Source: Thermoanaerobaculales bacterium
GTDB lineage: Bacteria; Acidobacteriota; Thermoanaerobaculia; Thermoanaerobaculales; Sulfomarinibacteraceae
Direction: 5' to 3'
Assembly: GCA_025456145.1 (NCBI GenBank)
Contig: JALOLD010000008.1
Span: 1,265-65,264, forward strand
Length of the DNA: 64,000 nucleotides
Shown here piece after piece: positions 9,544 through 18,540 of the stretch. Numbering within the stretch: position 1 is the stretch's first letter; every line of letters starts with the position of its first letter. A program made the position numbers and the translations under genes. The notes under the pieces were generated by a model. That model was not told the DNA's origin. It did no database searches and saw only the letters and a list, made by a program, of their open reading frames with translations.

Positions 9544-10476
9544 GTGTCCCCCGACGATCGCCCGTCCCATCGCATCGTGACGACGATCCGCGTCCTCCTC
9601 GTCGAGGACGACCCCGGGCTGCGCGAGGGGCTCGTCGCCATCCTGACCGCTGCCGGGATGACCGTCGACCCGGCCGCCGACGGGGTCGAGGGCTGGCAGC
9701 TCCTCGAGACCGCGCCCGCCCCCCACGACGTGGTGGTGACGGACCGGCTGATGCCCCGTCTCGACGGCATGGGGCTGCTTCGCCGGATCAAGCAGCGGCG
9801 CGACCTCATTCTGCTCCCGGTGGTCATCCTGACCGTCGCCGCCCAGCCCCAGGAGATGGTCGAGGGCATCGACGCCGGCGCCTATGCCTACCTCACCAAG
9901 CCGGTCGACGCCGAGGTGCTCGTCTCGGTCATCCGCTCGGCGGCGGCCGACTGGCGGCACGTCCAGGAGCTCAACCGGCACATCCGCTCGGATGTCGAGA
10001 CCCTCGATCTGCTCCGGCGGGCGAGCTTCGACTACCGGTCGCCCGACCAGGCGATGGGCCTCGGCGCTCTCCTCGCCAAGGTCTGCCCCGACCCGGATCG
10101 GGTGGTCACCGGTCTGTCCGAGCTGCTGGTCAACGCTGTCGAGCACGGCAACCTCGAGATCGGCTATGACGAGAAGAGCCGGCTGCTGAGGTCGCAGACC
10201 TGGCAGAGCGAGGTCGAGCGCCGGCTGACCCTGCCCGCCTTTGCCGACCGCGTCGCGAGCATCGAGGTCGAGCGGACGGCCGACGGAGTCGTCTTCCGGA
10301 TCCGCGACCAGGGCCCCGGCTTCGAGCCCGCGCCCTATCTCGAGATCGACCCGTCGCGGATGCTCGACGCCCACGGCCGCGGCATCGCCCTGGCCCGGCT
10401 GCTCAGCTTCGACGACCTGCACTACGAGGACGGCGGCCGCGTCGCTGTCGCGACGGTCCGTCTCGGCGAAGAATGA
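9544..10476 (+). CDS. response-regulator receiver fused to an RsbW/SpoIIAB-like ATPase (HATPase_c_2) domain
   Basis: REC: IRVLLVEDDPGLREGL, DVVVTDRLMP, YAYLTKP. C-terminus: LLVNAVEHGNLEI, FRIRDQGPGF, HGRGIALAR. GTG 9544 (or GTG 9577) chosen as start. The upstream part of the ORF is antisense to the cyclophilin gene. Confidence 0.7.
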   Translation: MSPDDRPSHRIVTTIRVLLVEDDPGLREGLVAILTAAGMTVDPAADGVEGWQLLETAPAPHDVVVTDRLMPRLDGMGLLRRIKQRRDLILLPVVILTVAAQPQEMVEGIDAGAYAYLTKPVDAEVLVSVIRSAAADWRHVQELNRHIRSDVETLDLLRRASFDYRSPDQAMGLGALLAKVCPDPDRVVTGLSELLVNAVEHGNLEIGYDEKSRLLRSQTWQSEVERRLTLPAFADRVASIEVERTADGVVFRIRDQGPGFEPAPYLEIDPSRMLDAHGRGIALARLLSFDDLHYEDGGRVAVATVRLGEE

Positions 10477-10478
10477 GC

Positions 10479-10586
10479 GCGTCGCGACGTCACAACCACG
10501 AAGGCACGAAGGCACGAAGGCATCGCACACGAATCCTCGGAACCTCGTGAGTGCTTCGTGTCTTGGTGGTTGTGATGCTGCGACGC
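10479..10586. repeat. family-A palindromic element (copy A1), arms made of GAAGGCAC octamer repeats
   Basis: Left end GCGTCGCGACGTCACAACCAC(GAAGGCAC)x3 then GAAGGCATCGCACACGAA. Right end is the imperfect reverse complement (..GTGCTTCGTGTCTTGGTGGTTGTGATGCTGCGACGC). It fills the whole gap between two convergent stop codons (10476 and 10588). Confidence 0.85.
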
Positions 10587-10587
10587 C

Positions 10588-11613
10588 TCAACAGATCCGC
10601 GGGAGATCCGTACCGCTGAGCATGTCGAGGGGTCGGATGCTGCCGATCTCGGTCTCGAGGACCACCGGGATGTCGCCGTCGGCCGCTGTCTCGACCCGGG
10701 CGAAGACCGCCGCGTCACGGCCCTCCGGGTGATCCCGGAAGGCCTCGAGGGCGCGGTCGGCCTGCTCGCCCGGGACCCAGGCGAGGACCCGGCCCTCGCA
10801 GGCCAGCGCGAGCGGCTCGAGGCCCAGCACCTCGCACACCGCACGGACCTCCGGCCGGATCGGCAGGGTGGTCTCGGTGAGCACCATCCGCAGGCCGCTC
10901 CTGCCCGCGACCTCGTTGCACACGGTGAGCACGCCTCCCCGGGTCGGGTCGTGCATCGCGTGGATCTCGACCCCGGCGGCGAAGACCGACTCGATGAGGC
11001 CGGTCAGCGGCGCGCAGTCCGAGCGCAGGCCGGCGGCGTCGAGGCCGTGCCGGGCGGCCATGATCGTCGCGCCGTGGTCGCCGAGCGGTCCCGAGGCGAT
11101 GACGACGTCGCCGGGCGCGATCCGAGCGTCGGAGATCTCGCGGCCGGGCGGTACCACGCCGAGACCCGCGGTGACGGCGTAGATCCGGTCGCCCTTGCCG
11201 CGGGGTACCACCTTGGTGTCGCCGGCGACGATCTGGACCCCGGCCTCGGCGGCGGCGCGGGCGGCGCCGTCGGCGCACCGACGCAGCAGCTCGCCGTCGG
11301 CGCCCTCCTCGAGGATCAGACCCCAGGTCAGCCAGAGCGGGCGCGCTCCGGCGACCGAGAGGTCGTTGACCGTGCCGCAGACGCTGAGATAGCCGAGATC
11401 GCCCCCCGCGAAGACCGGCGGGTCGACGACGAAGCCGTCGGTGGTCAGCGCCGGGCGGCCCGGGGGCAGCTCGGGGAGCACCGCGGCATCGGTCAGGGTG
11501 GCGAGAAAGGGGTTGTCGAGCGCCGGGAGAAAGGTGCCGGCGACGAGCTCGTGGGTCAGCCGTCCCCCCGAGCCGTGGGCGAGCAGGAGGCGGTCCGGGG
11601 TGCGGCGCTTCAC
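10588..11613 (-). CDS. hypE: [NiFe] hydrogenase maturation protein HypE
   Basis: AIR-synthase-like HypE sequence ending in the conserved C-terminal ...GTDLPRIC. GTG start overlaps the hypD stop (GTGA). Confidence 0.9.
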   Translation of the reverse strand: MKRRTPDRLLLAHGSGGRLTHELVAGTFLPALDNPFLATLTDAAVLPELPPGRPALTTDGFVVDPPVFAGGDLGYLSVCGTVNDLSVAGARPLWLTWGLILEEGADGELLRRCADGAARAAAEAGVQIVAGDTKVVPRGKGDRIYAVTAGLGVVPPGREISDARIAPGDVVIASGPLGDHGATIMAARHGLDAAGLRSDCAPLTGLIESVFAAGVEIHAMHDPTRGGVLTVCNEVAGRSGLRMVLTETTLPIRPEVRAVCEVLGLEPLALACEGRVLAWVPGEQADRALEAFRDHPEGRDAAVFARVETAADGDIPVVLETEIGSIRPLDMLSGTDLPRIC

Positions 11614-12716
11614 CGGGTCACCCCGGTCAGCCGCTCGTGCCGGTACCAGGCCGCACAGGTGCCCTCGGCGGAGACCATGCAGGCGCCGACCGGCGTCGCG
11701 GGCTGGCAGGCGGTGGCGAAAAGAGGACATTCCGGCGGGTCGATGACCCCGCGCAGGACGTCGCCGCAGGCGCACCCGGCCGGCTCGTGGGGCGGCGGGA
11801 GCTCGACCGGGATGAGCGAGGCGTCGCGGTGGGCGAAGGCCGGGCGGAGCCCGAGGCCCGAGCCCGGGATCTCGCCGAAGCCCCGCCAGCTCGTCGCGAC
11901 CGGCTCGAAGAAGCGCTCGACGAGCCGCGCGGCGACCGGGTTTCCCGACGCCGAGACGACGCGACCGTAGAGGTTGGCGATCTCGGCCCGCCCCTCGCCG
12001 ACCTGGCGGAGCAGGTCCGCGACGCCCCGCATCACGTCGGCCGGAGCGAAGCCGACCACCGCACCCGGAACGCCGTGGTCCTCGGCGAGGAAGCGGAAGC
12101 ACTCCCACCCGGTGAGGACCGAGACGTGACCGGGGAGCAGGAAGCCGTCGACCTCGAGCTCGGCGTCCTCGACGAGGGCCCGCATCGGCGGCGGCATGAC
12201 CTTGTTGCCGGGGAGGATGAGGAAGTTGCCGACCCCGGTCTGCTCGGCCTCGGCAAGCGCCGCGGCGATGGTCGGCGCGGTGGTCTCGAAGCCGACGGCG
12301 AGGAAGACGATTCGGCGGGCCGGGTTGGCGCGCGCCCGCTCGAGGGCGTCGCGCGGCGAGTAGACGATCTCGATCGGCTTGCCCTCGGCGTGTGCCCGCT
12401 CGAGGCTCGAGAGGCTCGACGGCACCCGCATCAGATCGCCGAAGGTGCAGACCGTGACGTCGGAGAGATCGGCGAGAGCGAGCGCCCGGTCGAGGTAGTC
12501 GACGGGGGTGACGCAGACCGGACAGCCCGGCCCGGAGATCAACCGGACGCCGTCCGGGAGCATCCGGCGCAGCCCGGCAGCAGCGACCGCGTGGGTGTGG
12601 GTGCCGCAGACCTCCATCAGGGTGACCTTCCGGCCGACCGTCCGGGAGAGCTCGACGATCTCGCGGAGCAGCCCGGCGATCGCCTTGGGGTCGCGGAGCT
12701 CGCGCGCCTCGCTCAC
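11610..12716 (-). CDS. hypD: [NiFe] hydrogenase maturation protein HypD
   Basis: MEVCGTHTH, GPGCPVCVTP, GFETTAP motifs. 368 aa. GTG start overlaps the hypC stop. Confidence 0.9.
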   Translation of the reverse strand: MSEARELRDPKAIAGLLREIVELSRTVGRKVTLMEVCGTHTHAVAAAGLRRMLPDGVRLISGPGCPVCVTPVDYLDRALALADLSDVTVCTFGDLMRVPSSLSSLERAHAEGKPIEIVYSPRDALERARANPARRIVFLAVGFETTAPTIAAALAEAEQTGVGNFLILPGNKVMPPPMRALVEDAELEVDGFLLPGHVSVLTGWECFRFLAEDHGVPGAVVGFAPADVMRGVADLLRQVGEGRAEIANLYGRVVSASGNPVAARLVERFFEPVATSWRGFGEIPGSGLGLRPAFAHRDASLIPVELPPPHEPAGCACGDVLRGVIDPPECPLFATACQPATPVGACMVSAEGTCAAWYRHERLTGVTR

Positions 12717-12940
12717 AGGTCCGCCATGTTGTCGGCGTACTGACGGAGCAGGGCCAGCGTCTCGGCCGCCTCGTCGGCGTTGACCGCACCGATCGCGTAG
12801 CCGGCGTGGATGAGCACGTGCTCGCCGACCTCGGCCTCGGGCAGGAGCATCAACGAAACCGTCCGGCGGACGCCGTCCAGCTCGACGACGCCCTCGAGCT
12901 CGTTGCGTTCGGTCAGCAGCATCGGAATCGCAAGACACAT
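12713..12940 (-). CDS. hypC: [NiFe] hydrogenase assembly chaperone HypC
   Basis: Canonical N-terminus MCLAIP. 75 aa. Confidence 0.9.
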   Translation of the reverse strand: MCLAIPMLLTERNELEGVVELDGVRRTVSLMLLPEAEVGEHVLIHAGYAIGAVNADEAAETLALLRQYADNMADL

Positions 12941-13043
12941 GGGGGGCCCCCAGGAGCATCGATTCGGGCGCGTTGGGCGGCGGTCAGCCGGTGGCAACGC
13001 GGCAAGCCCAAGGATACAACGAGCCGGCCGATGGCGGCCGCAA

Positions 13044-13169
13044 TTGATGAATGATGAATGATGAAATCAACGCATGGTGCGTGGCGGCGTGCGCTCGGAA
13101 CCGGGCACGTCGCACGTGCCGGTTGAACAGACGCCACCAAGCCGCCCCTCATCATTCATCATTCAACAC
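13044..13169. repeat. family-B palindromic element (copy B1), arms made of TGATGAA heptamer repeats
   Basis: Left arm TTGATGAATGATGAATGATGAAA. Right arm CTCATCATTCATCATTCAACAC. Inner hairpin CCGGGCACGT-CGC-ACGTGCCGG. It lies between hypC and hypF and ends 1 nt from the hypF stop. Confidence 0.8.
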
Positions 13170-15488
13170 TCACTCCGTCATCTCCGGCTCGACCTGGCGC
13201 GCGAGCGAGACCGCGCCAAGCACGGCCTGGCCGTAGGAGAGCCCGCCATCGCCGGGGGGCAGGAGCCGCGGAACGAGGACCTCGAAGCCGGCGCGCTCGA
13301 GGTCGCGCCGGAGGTGCCGGAGAATCAACCGGTTGACCAGGCAGCCGCCGCCCAGGGCGACCGGCATGCCGGCGCGCGGCGCGACGCGTTCGGTGATCTC
13401 CGCGGCAAGCGCACAGAAGGTGCGGTGGAAGCCGGCCGCGACCGCGGGGGCGGGCTCTCCGCCGAGCAGCCGGCGAGCCGCGGCGGCGATCAGCGCCGGT
13501 CCCGGGAGCACGGCCTCGCCTCCGAGACCGACCTCGGGCCACCGCGCCTGCGGCTCGGTCGCCGCGGCCGCGAGGGCCTCGAGCCGGGCCGCCGCCTCTC
13601 CCTCCCAGCCGTTGCGGGCGGTCAGCCCGAGCAGGGCGCCCGCCGCCTCGAAGAGCCGGCCCGCGCCCGAGGCGCGCGGCCAGTCGGGGGAGGCGGCGAG
13701 CCCGGCGACCCGGTGCACGGCCTCTCCGTCAACCAGCCGGGCCAGACCGAGATCGGGTGCGAGGTCGCCGGCCCCCGCCGCGACCAGCGCCGCGATCGCC
13801 ACCCGCCAGGGCTCGCGGACCGCGGCCTCGCCGCCGACCAGGGCGACGGGCTCGAGGGAGGCGACACGGCGCCAGCCCAGCCGTCCGTCGACGGTCAGCC
13901 ACTCGCCGCCCCAGGCGGTCCCGTCGGGTCCCCACCCGGTGCCGTCGAGGGTGATCGCAAGGGCCCGATCGTCGCCCTCGGGGAAGCGGCCGTGCTCGCC
14001 GAGCACCGCCGCCGCATGGGCGAGGTGATGCTGGACCTCGAGCACCTCGGCGCCCCGCGAGGCGGCGATCTCGGCGGCCAGCCAGGTGCTCGGGTAGTCG
14101 GGGTGGGCGTCGGCGACGAGACGGGCCGGAGAGACCTGGAGAAAGTCCTCGAGGCCGCCGATGACCTCACGGTGGAAGGCCCGCGCCGCCACCGAGTCGA
14201 GATCGCCGATGTGCTGGCTCAGGAAGGCCTGCCCGTCGACCGCGATGCACGCCGTGACGAGGAGGTGGCCGCCGACTGCGAGGACGGGCTCGGGGGCGGC
14301 GACCGGCAGGGGGACCGGCTCGGGGACCCAGCCGCGCGCCCGGCGCACCATGACCGGCCCGTCGGGGGTCGAGCGCACCACCGAGTCGTCGACCCGGCGG
14401 ACGACGTCGCGGTCGTGGAGGAGGAAGCGGTCGGCGATCGCGCCGAGCCGGTCGACCGCCTCCCGGTTGCCGCGGCAGATCGGCTCCTCGGACAGGTTGG
14501 CCGAGGTCATGACGAGGGCCGGGACGTCGAGCTCGCGGAGCAGCTCGACGTGGAGGGGGGTGGTCGGGAGCATCACGCCGAGGTCGTCGAGACCGGGGGC
14601 GATGGCCGCGCAGACCGGCGCCGCCGGATGACGCGGTGCGAGCACCACCGGCGATTTCGGGGAGCCGAGGAGCTCCTCGTCGCGGTCCTCGAGGCGGACC
14701 AGCCGCCGGGCCGCCTCGAGGTCGCGGACCATCACCGCGAAGGGCTTGCCGGCGCGGTGCTTGCGCCGTCGCAGCTCGGCCACCGCGTCGTCGCGGTCGG
14801 CGCGGCAGGCGAGCTGGAAGCCGCCGAGGGCCTTGACCGCGACGATGCGGCCCGCCTCGAGGTCGGCGCGGACCGCGGCGATGGCGGCATCGCCATCCGT
14901 GCGGTTGCCGCCGTCGGCGTCCTGCAGCCACAGCGCCGGGCCGCAGGCCGGGCAGCACACCGGCTCGGCGTGAAAGCGGCGGTCCAAGGGATCGCCGTAC
15001 TCGCGCGCGCAGTCGGCGCACAGCTCGAAGCAGGCCATCGAGGTCGTGGCGCGGTCGTAGGGGAGGCTCCGGGTCAGGGAGAAGCGCGGGCCGCAGTTGG
15101 TGCAGGTGGTGAAGGGGTAGCGGTGACGCCGGTCGGCGGGGTCGGCGAGCTCGCGCCGGCAGTCGCCGCAGAGCGCCGCGTCGGGAGGGACGAGGGCGCC
15201 CGCCCGGGCGCCCTGCTCGGTCTCGGCGACCCGGAAGCCGGTGTCGCCGACGACCGGAATCTCGTCGACGTCGATCGCGTCGAGGCGGGCGAGGGGAGGG
15301 AGCTCGGCCTGCAGCCTGCGCACGAAGTCGGCGGCCGCCGCCTCGGCGCCCTCGACCTCGGCGGTCGCACCCTCGGGGTCGTTGCGGACCACGCCGGCAA
15401 GACCGAGCTCGCTCGCGAGACGGTAGACGGTGGGTCGGAACCCGACGCCCTGGACGGCCCCGCGGCACCGCACCCGGAGGCGGATCAC
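13170..15488 (-). CDS. hypF: carbamoyltransferase HypF
   Basis: Acylphosphatase-like N-terminus (VQGVGFRPTVYRLA), two CxxC-x18-CxxC zinc fingers (CGDCRREL..CTNCGPRF, CADCAREY..CPACGP), YrdC and Kae1-like domains. GTG 15488 overlaps the hypB stop (GTGA). An alternative ATG lies at 15533. Confidence 0.9.
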   Translation of the reverse strand: MIRLRVRCRGAVQGVGFRPTVYRLASELGLAGVVRNDPEGATAEVEGAEAAAADFVRRLQAELPPLARLDAIDVDEIPVVGDTGFRVAETEQGARAGALVPPDAALCGDCRRELADPADRRHRYPFTTCTNCGPRFSLTRSLPYDRATTSMACFELCADCAREYGDPLDRRFHAEPVCCPACGPALWLQDADGGNRTDGDAAIAAVRADLEAGRIVAVKALGGFQLACRADRDDAVAELRRRKHRAGKPFAVMVRDLEAARRLVRLEDRDEELLGSPKSPVVLAPRHPAAPVCAAIAPGLDDLGVMLPTTPLHVELLRELDVPALVMTSANLSEEPICRGNREAVDRLGAIADRFLLHDRDVVRRVDDSVVRSTPDGPVMVRRARGWVPEPVPLPVAAPEPVLAVGGHLLVTACIAVDGQAFLSQHIGDLDSVAARAFHREVIGGLEDFLQVSPARLVADAHPDYPSTWLAAEIAASRGAEVLEVQHHLAHAAAVLGEHGRFPEGDDRALAITLDGTGWGPDGTAWGGEWLTVDGRLGWRRVASLEPVALVGGEAAVREPWRVAIAALVAAGAGDLAPDLGLARLVDGEAVHRVAGLAASPDWPRASGAGRLFEAAGALLGLTARNGWEGEAAARLEALAAAATEPQARWPEVGLGGEAVLPGPALIAAAARRLLGGEPAPAVAAGFHRTFCALAAEITERVAPRAGMPVALGGGCLVNRLILRHLRRDLERAGFEVLVPRLLPPGDGGLSYGQAVLGAVSLARQVEPEMTE

Positions 15489-16153
15489 GGCCGGCGCTTG
15501 TCCTCGAGCCGGCTCGCCAGCAGCTCGCACCACTCGTCGACGCCCTCGCCGGTGGTCGACGAGACGACGAGGAGGGTCCCGCCCGGGTTGAGCGAGGCGA
15601 CATAGCCGCGGACCGCCTCGAGGTCGAAGGGAACGTACGGCAGCAGGTCGGCCTTGGTCACCACCGTGACCTCGGCCCGCGAGAAGATCGCCGGGTACTT
15701 GAAGGGCTTGTCGTCGCCCTCGGTGACCGACAGCAGGGCGACCTTGAAGTCCTCGCCGAGGTCGTAGGTGGTCGGGCAGATCAGGTTGCCGACGTTTTCG
15801 ATGAACAGGATGTCGGCCGGCATCAGGTCGGCGACCGAGAGGGCGCCGTCGATCTGGCGGGCGTCGAGATGGCAGGCGCCGCCGGTCAGCACCTGGTGGG
15901 CGGGCACCCCGAGGGCCCGGATCCGATCGGCGTCACGCTCGGTGGCGACATCCCCCTCGATGACCGAGATCCGGTAGCGGCCGGCGAACCGGCGGACGGT
16001 CGCCTCGAGGAGCGTCGTCTTGCCCGAGCCGGGGGACGAGATCAGGTTTGGTACGAGGGTTCCGCTCCCGGCAAACCGCTCGCGAAGCGCGTGGGCATGC
16101 TCCTCGCTGGCGGCGAGGGCCCGGCGTCGGATCGACACAATCTGGTTCTTCAT
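15485..16153 (-). CDS. hypB: hydrogenase nickel-incorporation GTPase HypB
   Basis: P-loop SSPGSGKTTLLE, ENVGNLICP, VVTKADL. Confidence 0.9.
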   Translation of the reverse strand: MKNQIVSIRRRALAASEEHAHALRERFAGSGTLVPNLISSPGSGKTTLLEATVRRFAGRYRISVIEGDVATERDADRIRALGVPAHQVLTGGACHLDARQIDGALSVADLMPADILFIENVGNLICPTTYDLGEDFKVALLSVTEGDDKPFKYPAIFSRAEVTVVTKADLLPYVPFDLEAVRGYVASLNPGGTLLVVSSTTGEGVDEWCELLASRLEDKRRP

Positions 16154-16157
16154 CGGT

Positions 16158-16288
16158 CCTCCGTGGGTGCCTCCGTGGGTGCCCCACCGGTGCCAGGAGA
16201 AACAAAGTTAACAATCTTCTCCCGCCGGTGCATTGGCTCCGAGGGGGACCGAACAGGGAAGGTCGTTAACTTTGTTTCTCCCGGCACC
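16158..16288. repeat. palindromic element with AT-rich core arms, inside the hypA-hypB spacer
   Basis: Tandem CTCCGTGGGTGC x2 (16158-16183). Then the 24-bp inverted repeat GGTGCCAGGAGAAACAAAGTTAAC (16189-16212) / GTTAACTTTGTTTCTCCCGGCACC (16265-16288), with 1 mismatch. Confidence 0.75.
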
Positions 16289-16297
16289 CCTCATGGT

Positions 16298-16663
16298 TCA
16301 TGGGCACCCTTCCTCATCCGTTTCGAAGCTGACCTCGATCACGTCGAGCTCGTCGCCGCCGCGGACCTCGAGCGGCGTGCCGCAGTCCGGGCAGATGCGC
16401 AGCCAGGAGCCCTCGGACCGGTCCTTGGCCTGGTTGCAGGCGGGGCAGCGCTGATCGGCGCGGCAGAAGTCGACGGTCAGCGCGGCTCCCTGATCGGGGG
16501 TGTCGGCGACCACCGCCTCCCAGCCGAAGACCAGGAGGTCGGGCTCGACCGCGGCGAGCTCGCCGACCGCGATGCGGACCTGCCGGAGCCGGCCGCCGCC
16601 GTGCTCGGCCACGGTGTCGCGGCAGGTCCGGTAGATCTCGATGGCGATGCCCATTTCATGCAT
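16298..16663 (-). CDS. hypA: hydrogenase nickel-insertion protein HypA
   Basis: N-terminus MHEMGIA, zinc site CPACN...CPDCG. 121 aa. Confidence 0.9.
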   Translation of the reverse strand: MHEMGIAIEIYRTCRDTVAEHGGGRLRQVRIAVGELAAVEPDLLVFGWEAVVADTPDQGAALTVDFCRADQRCPACNQAKDRSEGSWLRICPDCGTPLEVRGGDELDVIEVSFETDEEGCP

Positions 16664-16716
16664 CGGCCAAGTGTAGCCGATCACCGGCGGTCGGGGCGCG
16701 CTACAATACAACGCTG

Positions 16717-18252
16717 ATGGTGCTGCCGCGGCTGGTCATCACGGGGGCGTCCGGGTTCATCGGGAGGCGGCTTCTCGACGGTCTCAAGGACGACTTCGAA
16801 ATCGTCGCCCTGGCCCGGCGGTCGCAGGCCCGGTGCGGGGCGCCCGTCCACCCCAACCTCAGCTGGTTCCAGACCGACATCGGCGACCCCGCCTCGGTGG
16901 CGACGGCCTTCCGCTTCATCCGCGAGACCGGGGGCGCCGACTTCGTGATCCACCTCGCCGCGCACTACGACTTCACCGGCGAGGACCACCCGGAGTACTG
17001 GCGCACCAACGTCGAGGGCATGCGGCTGGTGCTCGAGGAGTGCCGGTCCCTCGACCTCGCCCGGTTCATCTTCGCGTCGTCGCTCGCCGCCTGTCGGTTT
17101 CCACCAAAGGGCCAGGTGCTCGACGAGACGAGCCTCCCGGACGGCGAGCATGTCTACGCCCGGTCCAAACGGTTCGGCGAGGAGCTGCTGGCCGAGGTCG
17201 AGGCGGAGGTGCCGTCGGTCATCGTGCGGTTCGCCGCGATCTTCTCGGACTGGTGCGAGTACGCCCCCTTCTACACCTTCATCGAGACCTGGCTGTCGCG
17301 GGGATGGAACTCGCGAATCCTCGGCGGGCGGGGGGAGTCGGCGGTGCCATACCTGCATGCCCGCGAGCTCGCACCCTTCATGCACCGTCTGATTCGCAAT
17401 CACCACCGCCTGGGTCGGCGCGAGGTCGTGATCGCGAGCCCCAACCACACCGTCAACCACCTCGAGCTCTTCAAGCTGGCGAACCGTTACGCCGGTCGAG
17501 GCGATGTCCGGCCGATCAAGGTGCCGGCGCCGCTCGCCAGGGTCGGCGTCTGGGGGCGCGATCTCGTCGGGCGACTGATCGGCGAGCGGCCGTTCGAACG
17601 TCCGTGGATGCTCGACTACCTGGACTGCGACCTCGCGGTCGACGCCAGCCGGACCCACGAGCTGATCGGTTGGCACCCGCGCGAGCGCCTCTTCATGAGC
17701 CGACGGATGGCCTTCGTGGTCGACCACCGGCGATCGGACCCGATCGAGTGGACGGCGCGAAACCAGGCAGCGCTCAAGACGGTCCACCTGCGTCCAAACC
17801 TGCGCATCCACCGGCTGCTCGAGCGCCACCAGGACCGGATCCGGGAACGGTTGATGGCCGCGCTGACCGAGGGCCCCGATGTCGCGGCGAAATTCCCGAC
17901 CGCTCGGGACACCAGCGCTCAGGTCCTCGAGTGGCGCTTTACCGTCGCCTTCCGCCACATCCTCAACTCGGTCCGCGCCCAGGACCGCGGGCTGTTCCTG
18001 GCCTACTGCGGCGACTACGCCAGCAAGCGGTTCAGGGACGGAGCGCCGGCCTCCGAGACGGTGGCCGTGCTCCGACTCGTCGGCGACACCTCGCTCAAGG
18101 TGATCAGCGCCGATCCAGAGGCGGTCGGCCTCGAGGACCCGCTCCACCTCTACCTCACGATGACCGTCGAGTTCGGCTGCGACCAGGTGCTCGAGGTCTA
18201 CGAGGATCTCAGCGGAGAGGTGATCCCGGACTCGCCCGAGGGCGCCGGCTGA
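16717..18252 (+). CDS. NAD-dependent epimerase/dehydratase (extended SDR) with about 190-aa uncharacterised C-terminal extension
   Basis: Rossmann motif ITGASGFIGRRL and a YxxxK-like YARSK. No recognisable motifs in the C-terminal third. TACAAT at 16702-16707 lies only 9 nt before the ATG, so the mRNA may be leaderless. Confidence 0.7.
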   Translation: MVLPRLVITGASGFIGRRLLDGLKDDFEIVALARRSQARCGAPVHPNLSWFQTDIGDPASVATAFRFIRETGGADFVIHLAAHYDFTGEDHPEYWRTNVEGMRLVLEECRSLDLARFIFASSLAACRFPPKGQVLDETSLPDGEHVYARSKRFGEELLAEVEAEVPSVIVRFAAIFSDWCEYAPFYTFIETWLSRGWNSRILGGRGESAVPYLHARELAPFMHRLIRNHHRLGRREVVIASPNHTVNHLELFKLANRYAGRGDVRPIKVPAPLARVGVWGRDLVGRLIGERPFERPWMLDYLDCDLAVDASRTHELIGWHPRERLFMSRRMAFVVDHRRSDPIEWTARNQAALKTVHLRPNLRIHRLLERHQDRIRERLMAALTEGPDVAAKFPTARDTSAQVLEWRFTVAFRHILNSVRAQDRGLFLAYCGDYASKRFRDGAPASETVAVLRLVGDTSLKVISADPEAVGLEDPLHLYLTMTVEFGCDQVLEVYEDLSGEVIPDSPEGAG

Positions 18253-18262
18253 GTCGCGAGAG

Positions 18263-18540
18263 GGCTACCCGGACCGTGCCTATCCGGATCGCTCAGGTTC
18301 TGACCGATCCCGATCCCGATCCCGATGCGACGTCCGGAAATCCGTCGCAACCACGAAGACACCAAGACACGAAGGCGAGCGCGAAGGAGCTGGTGACGCG
18401 GGCCTCCCGCCCGCAGCTCGGCCATCGACTGGATCGAGATGCCGACGGCCGGGGCGCGCGTGAGTCGGGATCGGGAACGGGATCGGGAACGAAAGCACCC
18501 CCACCCTGACTCAAGGGGATAGGTATAGTCCGGGCTAGCC
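18263..18540. repeat. composite three-layer palindromic element (includes a solo family-A arm)
   Basis: Outer IR GGCTACCCGGACCGTGCCTATCC (18263-18285) / GGATAGGTATAGTCCGGGCTAGCC (18517-18540). Middle arms (CCGATC)x3 at 18304-18327 versus GGGATCGGGAACGGGATCGGGAAC at 18467-18491. Internal CCGTCGCAACCACGAAGACACCAAGACACGAAGG at 18342-18375 is a family-A left arm. Confidence 0.75.
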
